A stretch of 64,000 bases of DNA from Mobula hypostoma (Eukaryota), in assembly GCF_963921235.1 (NCBI RefSeq), contig NC_086117.1:8432001-8496000 (forward strand), written 5' to 3'. Below are positions 25,201-38,400 of this stretch, piece after piece. Every line of letters begins with the position of its first letter. Positions within the stretch are counted from its first letter, which is position 1. The notes beneath the pieces are model-generated. The model did no database searches. It had not been told where the DNA came from and saw nothing but the letters and a program-made list of their open reading frames with translations. Made by a program: the position numbers and the translations under genes.

Positions 25201-28200
25201 TGGACATTGAATCCTTGGACACTACCTCACATTTTAAGTATATATTATCTGTTTTTTTGCAGGATCTAAAATCTATTATATATACACACAGATATATATA
25301 CACACACACATATACACACACACACAGTAATTGATCTACTTATTTATTCACTATTTTTTCTTTCTTCTATATTATCTATTGCATTGAACTGCTGCTGCTG
25401 CTAAATTAACAAATTTAATGGCACATGCTTGTGATAATAAACCTGATTCTGAAATATAGAGTAATGAAGGCACATACTCCAGCTACAGGAGGGAACTCAA
25501 AATTTTAAAATGAAGGTTACCGGTACTGCAGCTCTAAATATGTGGCAGTTGTAATTGTACAGTATTTTATTACCACATCTTCAAACCACACACAAACTAT
25601 TAAAGATTCAGCATTATGAACTGGAATAATTTAATTATTATTGAGCAAAAAAGAAACAATTGAATCACAATTTCATTGCGTGGCAGGGCAAAAAAATTCA
25701 AAGGCAAGCTATTAAAGCCAATTAAGGCAACAAATACATCTTAGCATAAGGCAACTTTTTGAACTCTTCCAAAAGTTATAATCCCTGCCACTGTGGGCCA
25801 AAGGGCTGTTCTATGCTATACTACGCACTTTGCCAGAATAATTGAACAATGTCCTGGCTACGCAGGTTGACTCTGTGGTTAGGGTGGCATACGGTGCATT
25901 GGCCTTCATCAACCGTAGGATTGAGTTTAAGAGCCTAGTGGTAATGTTGCAGCTATGTAGGACCCTGGTCAGACCCAACTTGGAGTACTGTGCTCAGTTC
26001 TGGTCGCCTCACTACAGGAAGGACGTGGAAACCATAGAAAGGGTGCAGAGGAGATTTACACCGATGTTGCCTGGATTGGGGAGCATGCCTTAGGAGAATA
26101 GGTTGAGTGAACTCGGCCTTTTCTCCTTGGAGCGATGGAGGATGAGAGATGACCTGATAGAGGTGTACAAGATAATGAGAGGCACTGATTGTGTGGATAG
26201 TCAGAGGCTTTTCCCCAGGGCTGAAATGGCTAGCATGAAAGGGCATAGTTTTAAGGTGCTTGGAAGTAGGTACAGAGGAGATATCAGGGGTAAGTTGTTT
26301 TTTTTTTAAAAAACGCAGAGTGGTGAGTGCGTGGAATGGGTTGCTGACAGCGACGGTGGAGGCAGATACGATAGGGTATTTTAAGAGACTCCTGGATAGG
26401 TACATGGAGCTTAGAGAGAAAGAGTCCTAGTTAGTTCTAAGGTAAGGAGATGTTTGGCACAGCTTTGTAGGCTGAAGGGCCTGTATTGTGCTGTAGGTTT
26501 TTTATGTTTCCATGTTCAACATAAATTCCAGCAATTTTGGCTCCTCATGCCAAGCACTGACCCCTAGTGTTAACAAGCCTGTTGTACAGGAATGCTAACA
26601 TTGCATTGAACTTCCATGGAGTATGGCTGTTGTACATCACAAAACAAGTATATACTTACAGCTGCTACTGTGAGCATGTCGAAGACTTTGGTACAGTACC
26701 GCCAAGCATTAGCATTTCCATATTTTGTTTGACATTCATCTGTTAAAGTAAACCAGCTTCAGTTTTTTTTTGAAACATGCAAAATACGGAATTTGACAAA
26801 AAGATTGAAGAAGAATTTCCTTGTCCCCAGCAGGGAAGGTAATTCCTTCAAAACTTCACAATTTTAAAGTAGGTGCTAATTAATTACCATAGAACCCGTA
26901 GACTTGAGTAATCTGCCTGCTTTCATGATTTCCTCTGAGGAGTGTAATGCGATCAGGCCATTTTGCTTTCAATGCGAGGAGGTAGGTAAAAGTTTCAAGA
27001 CTGTAATACCCTCTGTCCACAAAGTCACCCTATTTTAAAATGGTAAAGATGTTAATGTTACATTGATTTAAAAAGTATAGATGTAAATCTCTTAACCCAC
27101 GTGACAATGGAAACAGTTGGGAATAGAACAACTAATAGTGTTCCTAATACAAATACTATTGAATAACATTGTTAGGCAGCTCTTGTACTGAACATAACAC
27201 ACCTGAAGTCCATAATTCAAGTGAATATAAAATACTGGAATTACTTAGGTTATGCAGCTTTGTTGGAGGTGCAATAAAAGATTCACTTTTCTCTCTATAA
27301 ATGTTCAACCCAACACTTCCAGCCTTTTCTGTTTATTTTGGATTACAAGCCCATATAATATTTTGCTTTCACAAGACAGTCACTGGATCTTCACTTTTGA
27401 TGCTCAGATACACATCACTTAGGCTTTTTTCTTCCGCGTCAATACATTTGTTCTCTCAGTTCATAAAATCCTCATCTGCACGAACACATTACTGTACCAA
27501 TTTTGTAACATGCAGAATTAACCCAAGTCAGATTTGCAACTGAATCAAAACTCAAGGAATTTACATACTTACCATGAAAATATAATTTGTGTCAGGAACT
27601 TGTCCTCCAGTTCTAAACAGCTCACCCAAGTCATAAAACTGTAAAAACGTTTAGAATACATCTGCAGTTTAGGGCTTGGTTATTTTGTACATTACAAACA
27701 GAAAGTTTATTTGTAAAGCAAAGGAAACTATTGGATATACAGTGAACTTAGGTTATGTACATCATTTCTTCATGCAGAACCTTCACAATACCGAATACTC
27801 AAATTACTAACTGTGCACACATCACTGTGCACTTTATCCATTTTCCTTTTTGGCTCCCCTCTTATCCCTTATCTTCTCACCTCCCTCCTTCCCTTTCATG
27901 CGTGGTCCACTGTTATTGGCTATTACTTCTTCATCAACCCTTTACCTCTTCCACCTATCCTCTCCCAGTTTCTTATTTCAGACCCTCTCCCACACACCCA
28001 CCTTCCCCCTCACCTGGTTTCATCTAACATCTGCCAATGTGTACTCCTTCTCGCGCCCCCCCCCACATTCTTCCCCTTTCCCGTCCTGATGAAAGCTCTC
28101 AGTCCAAGGTTTTGACTGTTTATTCTCATCCATAGATGTTGTCTGACTTGCTGTGTTTATTGAGTACTTATTGTGTGCTTTTCAATTTTAGCTTCCCGCA

Positions 28201-31200
28201 TCTGAAAATACTCAAACATGAAGATCAGGGTTAAGAGAGGAAAGCTAGAAAGACATTGGTGAAGCCAGATGTCTGAAGAGGAAGGAATCTGATAACAGAA
28301 GAGAGTGGACCAAAGGAGAAAGGGAAGGTGGGGAGGAAAGACACCCTGGGGGAGGTAAGAAGAGGTAAAGAGGCCAGAGTGGGGAAATGGGGACGGGGGA
28401 ATATTTTTAAACTGGAAGGAAAAAAATCAATATTCATTGCATCAGGTTGGAGGCTACCAGAAGGAACACAAGGTGTTGCTCCTCCACCCCAAGGGTGGCT
28501 TCAGCGTGACACAAGAGGAGGCCATGGACTGACATGTTGGAACTGCAATGGAAATCGAAATTAAAATGTTCTGCTTTTGGCAGATGGAGTGGAGGTGCTC
28601 GATGAAGCGCCCCCCCCCCCCCGCAAATTTACGATGGGTCTCTCTAACAAACAGGAGGCTGCATTGGGAGCACTGGACACTGCAGACAACCCCAGCAGAT
28701 TCGCAAGGGAAGTGTCGCCTCATCTGGAAGGACTGCTTGGGGCCCTGAATGGAAGTGAATGGGCAGGTGTAGCTCTTTGGCTGCTTGCAGGGAGAAGTAG
28801 TGGGAAGGAGATGAGAGCGAGAGAGAGAGCAAGAGATGGATGAATGGACAAGGGAACACTTGCAACACATTTTCTAGAATTAGTAAGCATTTAATACAGT
28901 ACTAATCTCATTAGATGTCTACTGAAGTAGCCCCAGTGACTGCATAGAACATTGGTTATTCCATTGAAACCCACATGCAAGAATGCACAGAGGTACAATT
29001 TGTGTGGTGAAATATGGAGGAAATCATTTATTGCTAACAAGTCGTGTACTGCACACTTGTAACCCTGTACAAATGGCATAAAGGAATAAAGTGAGGAGAG
29101 AGAAAAAAAAGCACAAAATCCTTTTTGGAGTTGTGGAAAGCTGCCCCAATGAGGAAGTGTATGAACATACAGACCCTAAAATGGGAAACCATAAGACCCA
29201 AGAGTAGAATTAGGCCATTCAGTTCATCAAGTCGCCTTCACCATTCCATCATGGCTGATTTATTATCCCTATCAACGCCATTATCCTGTCTTTTCCTTGT
29301 AATCTTTGACATCCTTACTCATTGCATCGTGAGAATCATCTCATTCCTAAGAAGCAATTTTTTCCCATGATAAACACACAATATTTGAAATGGGGTGGTA
29401 CAAATCACTTTAGTTATGTAAAGTTATTTAAAGTGGGTTTTAGTTATTTAAAAAACAAGGTTGTACTCGAATCTTTGGTCATTGCTGTCAAATCCACAAT
29501 GAAAAACAAACAGGCTCAAATGGGACTTAAAATCAGATATTAAAGGATAACAATTATTAAGCAACTATGCATTTCTGATTTAACAAGCGTCTGGAATAAC
29601 TAACTTCAAGAAAGATTTAATCTTCAAACAATGTAAAATTTACCTGCCCATGTATGTCCCCACAGACTGTAACAGGTGTAGACACTGGCTGGACATTAGA
29701 CTCTTCCAAAAGCAAATCACATACGTAGTCACAGAGTCGCTGAAAAAAATAAATTAAAGTTGGTATCTCTAGCTTCCAAGGAAATTATACAAGCTCCCGT
29801 AGTCACTTTTCAATTTAAATTTGAGTGTTGGGAGTCTCACTCCATTAAAGGTGTGGATCACACATACAGGTTGTAAAGTCAATACACATTTTCTTTAGAA
29901 CTGATTAAAGACAGTAGTTTGAGACTCTAACCACCACAACTATCCTTAGATGCTCGCTTAAGACAATTTGTGGACTTCTTAAAAGATCAGCAAGGCTTGA
30001 ACTGCAGCCTTCTAATATCCCTAAACAAATGATTCTCTTTAAGATATGTTATGATTTAAACATTCTCTTTCTTGTTCCATGCTCATCCCACCCCATCTCC
30101 AACCTCCAGTCATCCAATTCTACATCGGCCTCCTAAACTACCAAGGAATTGCACAGCACAGAAACAGGCATTTTTGACCCACCTTGTCCATGCCCATTGT
30201 GATGCTTCTCTATGCTGATCCATTTTATTTATTTAGCACTGCAGCATGGAGTAGCCCTCCCAGCCCTTTGAGCCACGCCACCCAGCATCCCTACAACCCT
30301 AATCGATCCTAGATGAACCAAAGAACAATTTACAATGACCAATCTTCCCTGCACATCTTTGGACCGGGGAGGAAACTGAAGTACCAGGGGAAAACCCCTG
30401 CATTTTACAGGGAACACTTAGACTCCTTACAGAACAGTGCTGGAACTAAACTCTGAAAAGCCCTGAGCTGCAATAGTGTCATGCTAACCACTGCATTTCT
30501 GTGGTGCCATATGCCTGCATAAAGTCCATATCTATGTATTTCCTGCCCGAGTGCCTTTTAAAAGACTGGTAAAGACAAATGTAGGTCCCCTCCAGACAGA
30601 AACAGGTGGATTGATTATGGGGAGCAAGGACATGGCAGACCAATTGATAATTACTTTGGTTCTGTCTTCACTAAGGAGGACATAAATAATCTTCCAGAAA
30701 TAGTAGGGGACAGAGGATCCAGTGAGATGGAGGAACTGAGTGAAATACATGTTAGTAGGGAAGTGGTGTAAGGTAAATTGAAGGGATTAAAGGCAGATAA
30801 ATCCCCAGGGCCAGATGGTCTGCATCCCAGACTGCTTAAGGAAGTAGCCCAAGAAATAGTGGATGCATTAGTGATAATTCTTCAAAACTCTTTAGATTCT
30901 GGACTAGTTCCTGAGGATTGGAGGGTGGCTAATGTAACCCCACTTTTTAAAAAAGGAGGGAGAGAGAAACCAGGGAATTATACACCGGTTAGCCTAACGT
31001 CGGTGGTGGGGAAACTGCTGGACTCAGTTATCAAAGATGTGATAACAGCACATTTGGAAAGCGGTGAAATCATCGGACAAAGTCAGCATGGACTTGTGAA
31101 AGGAAAATCATGTCTGACGAATCTCATAGAATTTTTTGAGGGTGTAACTAGTAGAGTGGATAGGGGAGAACCAGTAGATGTGGTATATTTGGATTTTCAA

Positions 31201-34200
31201 AAGGCTTTTGACAAGGTCCCACACAGGAGATTAGTGTGCAAACTTAAAGCACACGGTATTGGGGGTAAGGTATTGGTGTGGGTGGAGAATTGGTTAGCAG
31301 ACAGGAAGCAAAGAATGGGAATAAACAGGACCTCTTCAGAATGGTAGGCGGTGACTAGTGGGGTACCGCAAGGCTCAGTGCTGGGACCCCAGTTGTTTAC
31401 AATATATATTAATGACTTGGATGAAGGAATTAAATGCAGCATCTCCAAGTTGGCGGATGACACCAAGCTGGGTGGCAGTGTTAGCTGTGAGGAGGATGCT
31501 AAGAGGATGCAGGGTGACTTGGATAGGTTGGGTGAGTGGGCAAATTCATGGCAGATGCAATTTAATGTGGATAAATGTGAAGTTATCCACTTTGGTGGCA
31601 AAAATAGGAAAACAGATTATTATCTGAATGGTGGCCGGTTAGAAAAAGGGGAGGTGCAACGAGACCTGGGTGTCATTATACACCAGTCATTGAAAGTGGG
31701 CATGCAGGTACAGCAGGTGGTGAAAAAGGCAAATGGTATGCTGGCATTTATAGCGAGAGGATTCGAGTACAGGAGCAGGGAGGTACTACTGCAGTTGTAC
31801 AAGGCCTTGGTGAGACCACACCTGGAGTATTGTGTGCAGTTTTGGTCCCCTAATCTGAGGAAAGACATCCTTGCCATAGAGGGAGTACAAAGAAGGTTCA
31901 CCAGATTGATTCCTGGGATGGCAGGATTTTCATATGAAGAAAGACTGGATGAACTAGGCTTGTACTCGTTGGAATTTAGAAGATTGAGGGGGGATCTGAT
32001 TGAAACGTATAAAATCCTAAAGGGATTGGACAGGCTAGATGCAGGAAGATTGTTCCCGATGTTGGGGAAGTCCAGAACGAGGGGTCAGAGTTTGAGGATA
32101 AAGGGGAAGCCTTTTAGGAGTGAGATTAGGAAAAACTTCTTCACACAGAGAGTGGTGAATCTGTGGAATTCTCTGCCACAGGAAACAGTTGAGGCCAGTT
32201 CATTGGCTATATTTAAGAGGGAGTTCAATATGGCCTTTGTGGCTAGGGGGAATCAGAGGGTATGGAGGGAAGGCTGGTGCAGGGTTCTGAGTTGGATGAT
32301 CAGCCATGATCATAATAAATGGCGGTGCAGGCTCGAAGGGCCGAATGGCCTACTCCTGCACCTATTTTCTATGTTTCTATGTAAACTCTACCAAACACTC
32401 TGGCAGCATTTTCCAGCTATTCACCATCCTGTGTTGAAAACTTTTCCCTTCAGATCGCCTTAAATTTCTTCCCTCTCACCTATGGCCTGTGCCCTCAGAG
32501 GAAAAAAAACACTATATCCCTTGATTTTATAAACCTCTATAAAAATGAAAGTCCCCACTCACCCCAAAGCCCCCCTCTATTCTGATGATGGATTTATTCT
32601 CACTTCCAAGGTTAATGTCTCCACAACAGCAGCAATGACTCAAGCTCTAGAAATCTATTCAAAAAGCTTCTTATTTCTCTCCTCTGTGGCAAACCTTAGA
32701 ACCCATGCTCGATTAAATCCTTGGTTTCCAAAATTTCCTTGTGACCCAATGTCAAATTGTGTTTGATGATGACACTGAAATTCCTTGAAACATTTTGCTG
32801 CTTCAAAAAGGCAAAATACAAACGCAAGCCATTGTTGTTGACGCAAACATGAGGAAATCTGCAGATGCTGGAATTTCAAGCAACACACATAAAAGTTGCT
32901 GGTGAACACAGCAGGCCAGGCAGCATCTCTAGGAAGAGGTGCAGTCGACGTTTCGGGCCGAGACCCTTCGTCAGGACTAACTGAAAGAAGAGCTAGTAAG
33001 AGATTTGAAAGTGGGAGAGGGAGGGGCAGATCTGAAATGATAGGAGACGACAGGAGGGGGAGGGATGGAGACAAGAGCTGGACAGGTGATTGGCAAAAGG
33101 GATATGAAAGGATCATGGGACAGGAGGCCCAGGGAGAAGGTAAAGGAGGAGGGGGGGAATCCCAGAGGATGGGCAAGGGGTATAGTGAGAGGGACAGAGG
33201 GAGAAAAAGGAGAGAGAGAAAAAGAATGTGTGTATATAAATAAATAAATAACAGATGGGGTACACGGGGGAGGTGGGGCATTAGCAGAAGTTTGAGAAGT
33301 CAATGTTCATGCCATCAGATTGGAGGCTACCCAGACGGAATATAAGGTGTTGTTCCTCCAACCTGAATGTGGCTTCATCTTTACAGTGGAGGAGGCCGTG
33401 GATAGACATGTCAGAATGGGAATGGGATGTGGAATTAAAATGCGTGGCCACTGGGAGATCCTGCTTTCTCTGATGGACAGAGAGTAGGTGTTCAGCGAAA
33501 CGATCTCCCAGTCTGCGTCGGGTCTCACCAATATATAGGAGGCCGCATAGGGAGCACCGGATGCAGTATATCACCCCAGCCGACTCACAGGTGAAGTGTC
33601 GCCTCACCTGGAAGGACTGTTTGGGGCCCTGAATGGTGGTGAGGAAGGAAGTGTAAGGGCATGTGTAGCACTTGTTCCGCTTACAAGGATAAGTGCCAGG
33701 AGGGAGATCGGTGGGGAGGGATGGGGGAACGAATAGACAAGGGAGTCGCATAGGGAGCAATCCCTGCGGAAAGCGTGGGGGGGGGGGAAGAGGGAAAGAT
33801 GTGCTTGGTGGTGGGATCCCGTTGGAGCTGGTGGAAGTTACGGAGAATTATATGTTGGACCCGGAGGCTGGTGGGGTGGTAGGTGAGGACAAGGGGAACC
33901 CTATTCCTAGTGGGGTGGCGGGAGGATGGAGTGAGAGCAGATGTGCGTGAAATGGGGGAGATGCATTTGAGAGCAAAGTTGATGGTGGAGGAAGGGAAGC
34001 CCCTTTCTTTAAAAAAGGAGGACATCTCCTTCGTCCTGGAATGAAAAGCCTCATCCCGAGAGCAGATGTGGCGGAGACGGAGGAATTGCGAGAAGGGGAT
34101 GGCGTTTTTGCAAGAGACAGGGTGAGAAGAGGAATAGTCCAAATAGCTGTGAGAGTCAGGAGGCTTATAGTAGACATCAGTGGATAAGCTGTCTCCAGAG

Positions 34201-37200
34201 ACAGAGACAGAAAGATCTAGAAAGGGGAGGAAGGTGTCGGAAATGGACCAGGTAAACTTGAAGGCAGGGTGAAAGTTGGAGGCAAAGTTAATAAAGTCAA
34301 CGAGCTCAGCATGCGTGCAGGAAGCAGCGCCAATGCAGTCGTCGATGTAGCGAAGGAAAAGTGGGGGACAGATACCAGAATAGGTTTGGAACATAGAATG
34401 TTCCACAAAGCCAACAAAAAGGCAGGCATAGCTGGGACCCATACGGGTGCCCATGGCTACACCTTTAGTTTGGAGGAAGTGGGAGGAGCCAAAGGAGAAA
34501 TTATTAAGAGTAAGGACTAATTCCGCTAGACGGAGCAGAGTGGTGGTAGAGGGGGACTGATTAGGTCTGGAATCCAAAAAGAAGCGGAGAGCTTTGAGAC
34601 CTTCCTGATGGGGGATGGAAGTATATTGGGACTGGACATCCATGGTGAAAATAAAGTGGTGGGGGCCAGGGAACTTAAAATCATCGAAAAGTTTCAGAGC
34701 GTGAGAAATGTCACGAACATAGGTAGGAAGGGATTGAACAAGGGGGGATAAAACCGTGTCGAGGTATGCAGAAGTGAGTTCGGTGGGGCAGGAGCAAGCT
34801 GAGACAATGGGTCACCCTGGACAGGCAGGTTTGTGGATCTTGGGTAGGAGGTAGAAACAGGAAGTGCGGGGTGTGGGAACTATAAGGTTGGTAGCAGTGA
34901 ATGGGAGATCCATTGTTGTTGAATTGAGTTTGTAATAACTGATGTGGAATGACTTATTACCTTCACACTTGATCAATCTGTATTCTGACTCACGGATAAC
35001 AAGACCCAAAAACAGCAGATGAATAGAGAAACCACTAAAAAATAAAAATCCTCATTCAAACTATCAAAGGACATTACTTTAAAATTAAATTCCTTCAAAT
35101 TTGTACAAAACACAATCTGTACACTAGGATGAATGATCCATCATGAACAAATTATTTGAATCAGAGGTACAGAGGAACAAATTTATGCAACGGTAGAGTG
35201 TAAGATTGCAAGACCATTCGATTATGGCTGATTTATTATCATTCTCAACCTCATTCTCCTGGCTTCTTCCCATAACTTTTGATGCCCTGACTAATCAAGA
35301 ATCTATCAAACTCCACTTCAACTATAGCAAATGACTGGACCTCCACAGCTGTCTGCAGCAATGAATTCCACAGATTCATCACCCTCTGGCTACAGAAATT
35401 CCTCATCTCTGTTCTAAAGTCCCAGACTCACCATTACAATTCTAGCCATGTACTTCAGAAAGGATATGAAGGTTTTGAAAAATTACAGAAGACTCTTTCA
35501 AGTATGTGTACAGGAATGAGGAATCATTGTTAAGTTAATGGAATAACTGGTGTGTCCCGGAAGCAATATGATTGAGGTATTTGCATATTAAAATAAGGAC
35601 AAATGAAAAACAAATTAAGATTTCTACTCACTGAATAGTCATTAACCACATTCAATACACTATGAACTAATTGGATTAAGAACCAGGAATAACATGAGGA
35701 AAATACTTCCTCTATACACATGGGTCAAGTGATAATGAAGTAATTGATTCAACCTCAATAGAAAGCAATTGAATAAGCAGAATCAGGTTTACTGGCATGT
35801 TGTGAGCTATGTACAGAAATCTACTGATGCTTCTGGACACATCTTCAGTGATGTTCCTGGAATCATCGGGTGTTTCGGGTCTTTCAACATCATACAACCT
35901 CCTCCAGGTGACCCAGCCGGGGCTGATCAGACCCCAGCTTGTGTCCAGATGGCTAGCTACTTATGACTCCATGGCTCCTCTCTTTTGAGCCACAGCCATC
36001 TTGAGGCCCTCTCTGCCACATCGGTGGTACTGCGGATGGCTCTCCTCTTCCTCTCTCTCTTGATACCCAAATTGCTGAAGGCTCTAACTAAGGAACGGGC
36101 TGCGAATCCCCTACAACCAACCTCCACTGGGAGACACCTCGCTCTCCTTCCAGCCTGCTGACAGTTGCTGACCAGTCCTGCGTACTTGGAGAGCATCCTT
36201 TCAAAGGCCTCTGCCAAGCGATCTTCCCATGGGACTGTCAGCTCCAGCAGCACCACTTGCTTAGTAGACCAGACACTAGGACAATGTCTGGTCGCAGGGT
36301 GGTGGTTGCGATATGGTTGGGGAATTTCAGCTGCCCTTCGAGGTCCACCAACAGTTGCCAGTCCCTTGCAGAGGGATAGCAAAAAAGGGAAAAAAAAAGT
36401 GAGGTAGCAGTGATTGGTTCATTGTCCATTCAGAAATCTGATGACAGAGGGGACGAAGCTGCTACTGGAACATTGAGTGTGTGTCTTCAAGCTCCTGTAC
36501 CTCATCCTTGATGGTAGCAATGGGTAATGGGGATCCTTAATGATGGATGCCACCTTTTTTTTGGGGCATCACCTATTGAAGGTGCTCTTGATGCTGGGGA
36601 GGTTACTGCCCATGACAGAGCTGGCTTAGTTTACAACCCTCTGTAGCTTTCTCCAAACCTGTACCAGACTGTGATGCACAAGGAGAAAAACATTGCAAGA
36701 ATACGGCAAAAAATATTTGGAACGCACTTTCAAAGAGTTGGCATTTATTTAGTTAAGCCAAGAGAACCACCGTGAAATGTTATGCCACAATTAGCCATGA
36801 GCTACGTATGGCTTTCAGGAATCTCAGGTAAATTTAAGTGAATGTCATTAAGCACAAAGACTAATTTATATGACTTTGTGCTCGTTACCCAAAAAAAGTG
36901 AATTTTGACAAATTTGGAATTGCTTTATTTTCTTGGTTAGTGAATGATGATCCAAGGAAAGTAAAATCAGTTAATGTACCCGTGTTGTGTGCATGTATAG
37001 AAGATGCCTTCAACCAGAATTAGACTACATAGGTTAAAGTAGTGTTATTATATGCCTAGTACTATCCTAAGGAAATGACAAAGTATTATGAAATGCTCTA
37101 AGTTATGACCCACCCACAGAGAGAGATTTGGGAACATAGCCAAAAAGATTGGCTGATTTCTTGTTTCTAGAAATTGAAATATACCTATTTATCTTCTCAG

Positions 37201-38120
37201 AGGCTATGCGGAATACATCCACAGAGAATAATTAAGTGCTAACACTTTGGCAAAACTACATATTGAAATATGCCAATGCAATAAGTTAATAGATGTTTCT
37301 ACCTCTCAGCTTGAATGATTTTGATATATTCTACCATGTTGAGTAAAGGAGGCTGAGATGTTCTTTAACAATTATGTCCCCTATCCTTGAACAATTTTAA
37401 ATCATCCAGTGTTATTTTTAATTTAGTAAGAATCCCCTCCGACAACGTTTCTGAAGATGTGAAATATTATCACAAATCAAACTTGAACGCATTCCAAACA
37501 TAAAACATTAATCCAACTTCTGTCTGGATGCAAACTCGATCCAATTCAGAAAGTAATCGAAAACAAGAGTGAATGCTTCTTGTTTGCAGAGGAATGAAAA
37601 GCTCCAAAAGGTTCTTCCGGCTAACTCCAAACAAACAAACAAACTAAAAAAGAAACAGCGTCCCTCCTTAAATCTTCGCCACCAGCAGACACCGCACAAA
37701 TTTAACTACGCGATCATGACTTCCTGTTGTCTTCAGAGACGCTGGTTTAGACGGAGGAGCCGTTCATTGGCGGTACCCTCGACCAGTGAGGACGGGCGGT
37801 GTTTATGCAAGGCTTTTTTTAAATCTGGGATAAGTCCAGGGGCAAGACTAATGGTCGACGCGGTGAGCCAGCTGCCCTCATTCTCCTTATAAAGAAGAGC
37901 TCAGAGCAACCGCACAGGGCCCCAGATACAAGGCAGAGCCCCAATTTGACAGCTCGCACGAGTTCACCCGCCAGCCAAAGGCTAGCACGGCCGACCAGGA
38001 AGGCGGGCGTGGAGTTAAAGGAGGAGGAAATGCACAACTCGTTACCTTCAGGTCATTTTCCGGGAGATACTTGCACTGCCGTGCTATCTCCACATACTTG
38101 TCCAGGTCCAGAGGCGCCAT
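22229..38120 (-). CDS. PPP6C: Serine/threonine-protein phosphatase 6 catalytic subunit (7 coding exons, 305 aa)
   Basis: Exons (minus): 38046-38120 ([25 protein letters not shown]), 29644-29739 ([32 protein letters not shown]), 27573-27638, 26888-27029 (GDFVDRG...RGNHE), 26660-26739, 23194-23403, 22229-22477 (...[11 protein letters not shown]...TTTPYFL*). All introns are GT-AG. Exons sum to 918 nt = 305 aa + stop. PPP motifs GDIHG, GDFVDRG and RGNHE are present, plus the C-terminal TPYFL. Confidence 0.98.
24491..25452 (+). mobile_element. Rex1/Babar-like LINE 3' fragment in PPP6C intron 5
   Basis: Same family as 4582-6612 ([20 protein letters not shown], tail AATAAACCTGATTCTGA). Confidence 0.85.
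25852..26515 (+). mobile_element. CR1 LINE 3' fragment in PPP6C intron 5
   Basis: [18 protein letters not shown] motif and a CR1 3' tail. Confidence 0.85.
28210..28860 (-). mobile_element. Degenerate Penelope-like fragment (GIY-YIG remnant)
   Basis: ORF 28454-28870 contains [28 protein letters not shown], homologous to 33281-33760. Confidence 0.75.
30539..32383 (+). mobile_element. Young 5'-truncated CR1 LINE in PPP6C intron 1
   Basis: RT ORF 30778-32463, broken by a single TAG at 31345-31347 ([24 protein letters not shown]). (TTCTATGT)n tail. TCTATGTA on both flanks (30531-30538, 32376-32383). Confidence 0.92.
32842..34909 (-). mobile_element. Penelope-like retroelement (RT + GIY-YIG endonuclease, Neptune-like Cys linker), 5'-truncated
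   Basis: RT ORF 33681-34643 ([20 protein letters not shown]). GIY-YIG ORF 33281-33760 (CKRNKCYTC; VIYCIRC...[16 protein letters not shown]). Perfect 13-bp direct repeat CCATTGTTGTTGA at 32829-32841 and 34910-34922. Confidence 0.92.
32943..32978 (-). ncRNA. Minimal hammerhead ribozyme motif in the Penelope-like terminal repeat
   Basis: Minus strand AGTC-CTGACGA-AGGGTCTCGGCCC-GAAACGTC-GACT: CUGANGA and GAAA core boxes, stem I AGUC/GACU, stem II GGG/CCC, palindromic ACGU stem III and a GUC cleavage triplet. Confidence 0.75.
35822..36378 (-). mobile_element. HERO-like non-LTR retrotransposon 3' fragment (restriction-like endonuclease)
   Basis: LRPDIVLVS / [13 protein letters not shown]...KYAGL...[10 protein letters not shown], i.e. 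the PD-(D/E)xK-type RLE motif set of R2-group LINEs. Confidence 0.75.
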
Positions 38121-38400
38121 TTTGGGACACTGACTGAACGGCCCCTCCGGGCCGGTGACGCGTTTCCGGTCCTCTCGACCCTCCCGATTCCCACCGCCGC
38201 CGCGGCACTCCGCTTTTCCCGACTCCTGCCGCTGCTCGCCGATTCTCCCGACTCCCTGCCGGCCCAATCGCGCACTCAGTGGTGGCCGGCTTTTCCCTTT
38301 TCCGGTTCCCTCGAATCAACGCCGCTCTCTGATTGCCTCACGCGCCGGGCGCCTCCTCCTCCATTGGTCACCGCGGGGAGGGGCGGGGGTGAAAGTTCAG
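38121..38400. promoter_or_regulatory. CpG-rich bidirectional promoter PPP6C/RABEPK
   Basis: High GC/CpG content over ~37700-38480. Motifs: ETS-like TTCCGG (~38163, ~38300), CCAAT (~38264), ATTGG (~38363), GC box GGGGCGGGG (~38380), and YY1-like CGCCATTTT overlapping the PPP6C start codon (38115-38123). Confidence 0.75.

Noticed and set aside
30778-32463. Long reverse transcriptase ORFs as host genes or a retron-like system
   Set aside because: Standard 5'-truncated CR1 ORF2 with an internal stop and a CR1 tail.
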